The notes under the pieces are model-generated. The model did not search any database. It was not told the DNA's origin and saw nothing but the letters and a program-made list of their open reading frames with translations. A program made the position numbers and the translations under genes. A DNA stretch of 64,000 nt from Balamuthia mandrillaris. Taxonomy: Eukaryota. The stretch spans positions 186,001 to 250,000 of the forward strand of contig JAVKOQ020000010.1 of assembly GCA_031835245.2 (NCBI GenBank), in the 5' to 3' direction. This document shows positions 61,023-64,000 of this stretch, in pieces. The number at the start of each line of letters is the position of its first letter. Position 1 is the first letter of the stretch.

Positions 61023-61506
61023 AACGTTTCCCCCCTTCCTTCAAAAACGAGGACAAATACACAACATCATAATGGTTGCGGTTCACCTGTCATGCTCATC
61101 TCCCTTGTGTGTTTATGCATTGCGCTGTTGCATGGAGGGGTAGGGAGGGTGCTGCTTTGCTTTCGTCCCCCCCAATGGAGTGTGATAAGAGGGTGGGACA
61201 GGTCGTTTTCCACACAGGAGCCACAAAGGGAGACAATGGCTGCTATTTACGTGGTGGTTGGTTCCATGAAAAAGACCATTTCACTAAAAATAATAACTGC
61301 AAAGGAATAATAATAAAAAAAAAAGAGGAAAGAAGTGAAAGGGGGTGCGTCCCGTGTGTGTTGTTCACCTCCCCCTCTTTACCCTCTTCTGTGTGCGCGT
61401 GGAGGCACGGTGGTGAGGTTATTGGTGTTGGAAGAAGTAGCGGCAGCCACGACAAAAAAGCAATCTTTTCGCTCTGCTTTGCTTTCCCCCCTGAAGAATA
61501 ATAATA

Positions 61507-64000
61507 ATGACGGAGGAAGAAACAAGTGGAGGGGGCTTTGAAGAGGTTGACCTGTTGGACAACAAGGAGGATCGGTTGGGCAAGCACCAAGGGAAGGGAC
61601 AAGAGGAGAAGGAGGAGGATGAAGAGGAAAGTGGTTCGCAGAGCGAGGAGAGCACGGCTGGCGCTCAGGAGATGACAGAGTTTGCCAATGCCAGCAGCGC
61701 TGCGGAGTTGGGCCAACCAGGAGAGGAAGAAGAGGGCGAGGAAGAGGAATCCTCTTCCTCCTATTATTCCTCTTCCTCTTCTTCGAGTGACTCGGAGGAA
61801 GACGACGATGAGGAGGAGGAGGACGAAGAGGAATTGTTGGAAGAGGAGGAGACCTGGCACCTGGTGATAGGGCAACCACCAGAGGGGGGCGCTGAGGAAG
61901 AAAAGCGGTTGATTCAGAACCTTGACATTGACAACATTGAGATCAAGCCTGGACAAAAGTGGTACCTCATCTGTTACCGCTGGTTACAGTCTTGGAAGGA
62001 TTACGTTCGTTTCGACGACGACGAAGAAACAGACGACGACGACGACGAGGAGGACGATGAGGACGGGGAAGTCAAAGCAGCAAAGAAGGCAAAAGGCAAA
62101 GAGGTGGTGGAGGGGGAGAGTGGACCACGACCAGGACCCATCACCAACCACACTCTGCTGGAGGAGGGAACGGGCTGGTTCAAACCGCACAACGAGGAAG
62201 GGCAGGACTTTGACATAATCCCCAGCGAGGCCTGGCACCTCTTCCACAGCTGGTACGGTGGAGGTCCTCCGCTGCGAAGGAGGGTGGTGGCCGCCGGCTG
62301 GCGCAACGAGTACCGGGTAGAGGTCAGGCTGCTACGCCTCAAGGCCGCCAAGTCCTCGGCCAAGGAGCAGGAGGTCGCCTACTCTTGCAGCAAATACACC
62401 AGCGTGGGCACTCTGCTGCGCAGGCTTGCCAAGAAGCTTGAGGTGGACCCCAAGGAGGTCCGCTTCTGGGACTGGCATAACCACAACAAGATAAAGGTGT
62501 TGGAGGACATGGATGAGACATTGGAGGTGGCACAGATAGTGGACCAGCAGTACCTCCTCTTGGAGGAGAAGAACAGCCAGGGCAAGTTCCCTCCCATTGT
62601 CAACCGCTCCAGCCGCCCCTCTACAAGACTATACGGCAACACCTATTCCACCTCTTCCTACAATTATTACAATTCCTCTTCCAACTACTACAATCGCTAT
62701 GAAGACGAAAGCGTGGAACCCGGCACCGTTGGCCTCAACAACCTCGGCAACACCTGCTTCATGAATTCTGCCCTCCAGTGCCTTAGCAACACCACTCCCC
62801 TCACCAACTTCTTCCTCACCAAGGAATTTTACAAAGATCTCAATCGTGCTAACCCCTTGGGCATGAAAGGTTTGTTGTTTCCTCTATCTTTTTGCTCCTA
62901 GCAGAGCACACTCTCCAATAAATCGACCGTTCTCACCCATGAATAGGTGCTCTGGCTGAAGAATATGCTCAGTTGCTGTCCGAGCTTTGGTCTGGGAAGT
63001 GCAGAGCAACAGCCCCGCGCAAGTTCAAGTACACTTTGGAGCATTTTGCTCCCCAATTTTCTGGCTACCAGCAGCACGACTCACAGGAGCTACTTGGCTT
63101 TCTGCTGGACGGCTTGCATGAAGACCTTAACAGAGTACGAGACAAACCCTACGTGGAAACCAAGGAAGCAGATGGCAGGGAGGATGCAATAGTGGCCCAA
63201 GAAGCTTGGGCTGGACACAAGGCAAGGAACAACTCGGTTATAGTGGATTGGTTCCAAGGCCAGTTGAAATCTACTCTCGTCTGTCCGGAATGTGCCAAGA
63301 TTAGCGTCACCTTTGATCCCTTTATGTATCTAAGTCTTCCACTGCCGATGAAGATGGACAGAGACGTCACTATCACGGTCGTCTTCAATGAGGGCAATGT
63401 TGGATCAATAGACGATGCTGGCGACACCTCCTCAGGCGACTCCCACTCACGATTGCCTCTGAAGTGCAAAGTTTCAGTACCCAAGTTTGGGACCATGGCA
63501 GACTTGAAGCAGGAACTAGCGAGTCTTACCGGCCTGCCAACTACAGCACTTTCACTTGTGGACATCTACAATTGTAGATTCTTTAGAACATTTAAGGACA
63601 GCGATAACCTTAACATGATTCAAGATAGGGATCATGTTTGTGCCTTTGAAATCCCACTGCCACCCTCTTTGAAAGCCGAAGCTGAAGTAGAACCGCCCAA
63701 AGAGGAGCGTGATACCGGCAAGCAAAAGGCGCGAATTTACGATGATGACTCTGATTGGGACGATTCCGATGATGATGGCTATGGAAGTTACCGTGCGCTG
63801 ACTTCGTATCGTGACGAAAAGAGAAACGAAGCCCCAACTGAAGAAAATGGACTCATCTATCTGAATGTGCTGCATCGCAAAGACGAGGTCGTTCGGTATT
63901 CCACCTATTACAGTGGATATACCTCCTACACACGCAAAACGCTCTTTGGTATGCCTAATATCATTGGTGTCCAACGAGGCCTTACCTACAAAGAACTCTA
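61507..64000 (+). CDS. USP4/11/15-like ubiquitin carboxyl-terminal hydrolase (DUSP-UBL-UCH), 3' truncated by window end
   Basis: [20 protein letters not shown]...PGPITN...WYGGGP; Cys box [44 protein letters not shown]. Confidence 0.92.

Overview
Gene-dense eukaryotic (protist) DNA with short GT-AG introns. The gene content (SecG-like ArfGEF, CH-RhoGEF, TKL-ankyrin kinase) suggests a free-living amoebozoan; this is inference. About 18 host genes are present, including CD2BP2, MAPR, a triple peroxiredoxin-fold protein, F-box/cold-shock, ankyrin kinase, CCDC22, RhoGEF, PPR, WD40, NBR1-like, acyl-CoA oxidase/dehydrogenase, ankyrin-Sec7-PH, PSMB3, PSMD6 and a USP4/15-like gene. A ~18 kb accessory island (~14.6-33 kb) holds mostly decayed mobile elements (Harbinger/ISL2EU-type, LINE, chromovirus gypsy, copia) with a strong CpG-deamination signature. 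The standout is an intact IS607-family element (serine recombinase TnpA plus Fanzor2/TnpB RNA-guided nuclease) occupying a 2361-bp spliceosomal intron (42672-45032, minus strand) of the WD40 gene. The junctions read CAG|GTAAGT...CATCAG|, splicing restores the host reading frame, and predicted omegaRNA hairpins run almost to the 3' splice site and contain the branch point. A perfect 23-nt inverted repeat links the TnpA 5' leader to the Fanzor 3' end. This suggests a transposon that is itself a spliceosomal intron (a eukaryotic IStron analogue). Multi-exon gene coordinates are hand-derived outer spans; no database searches were run.
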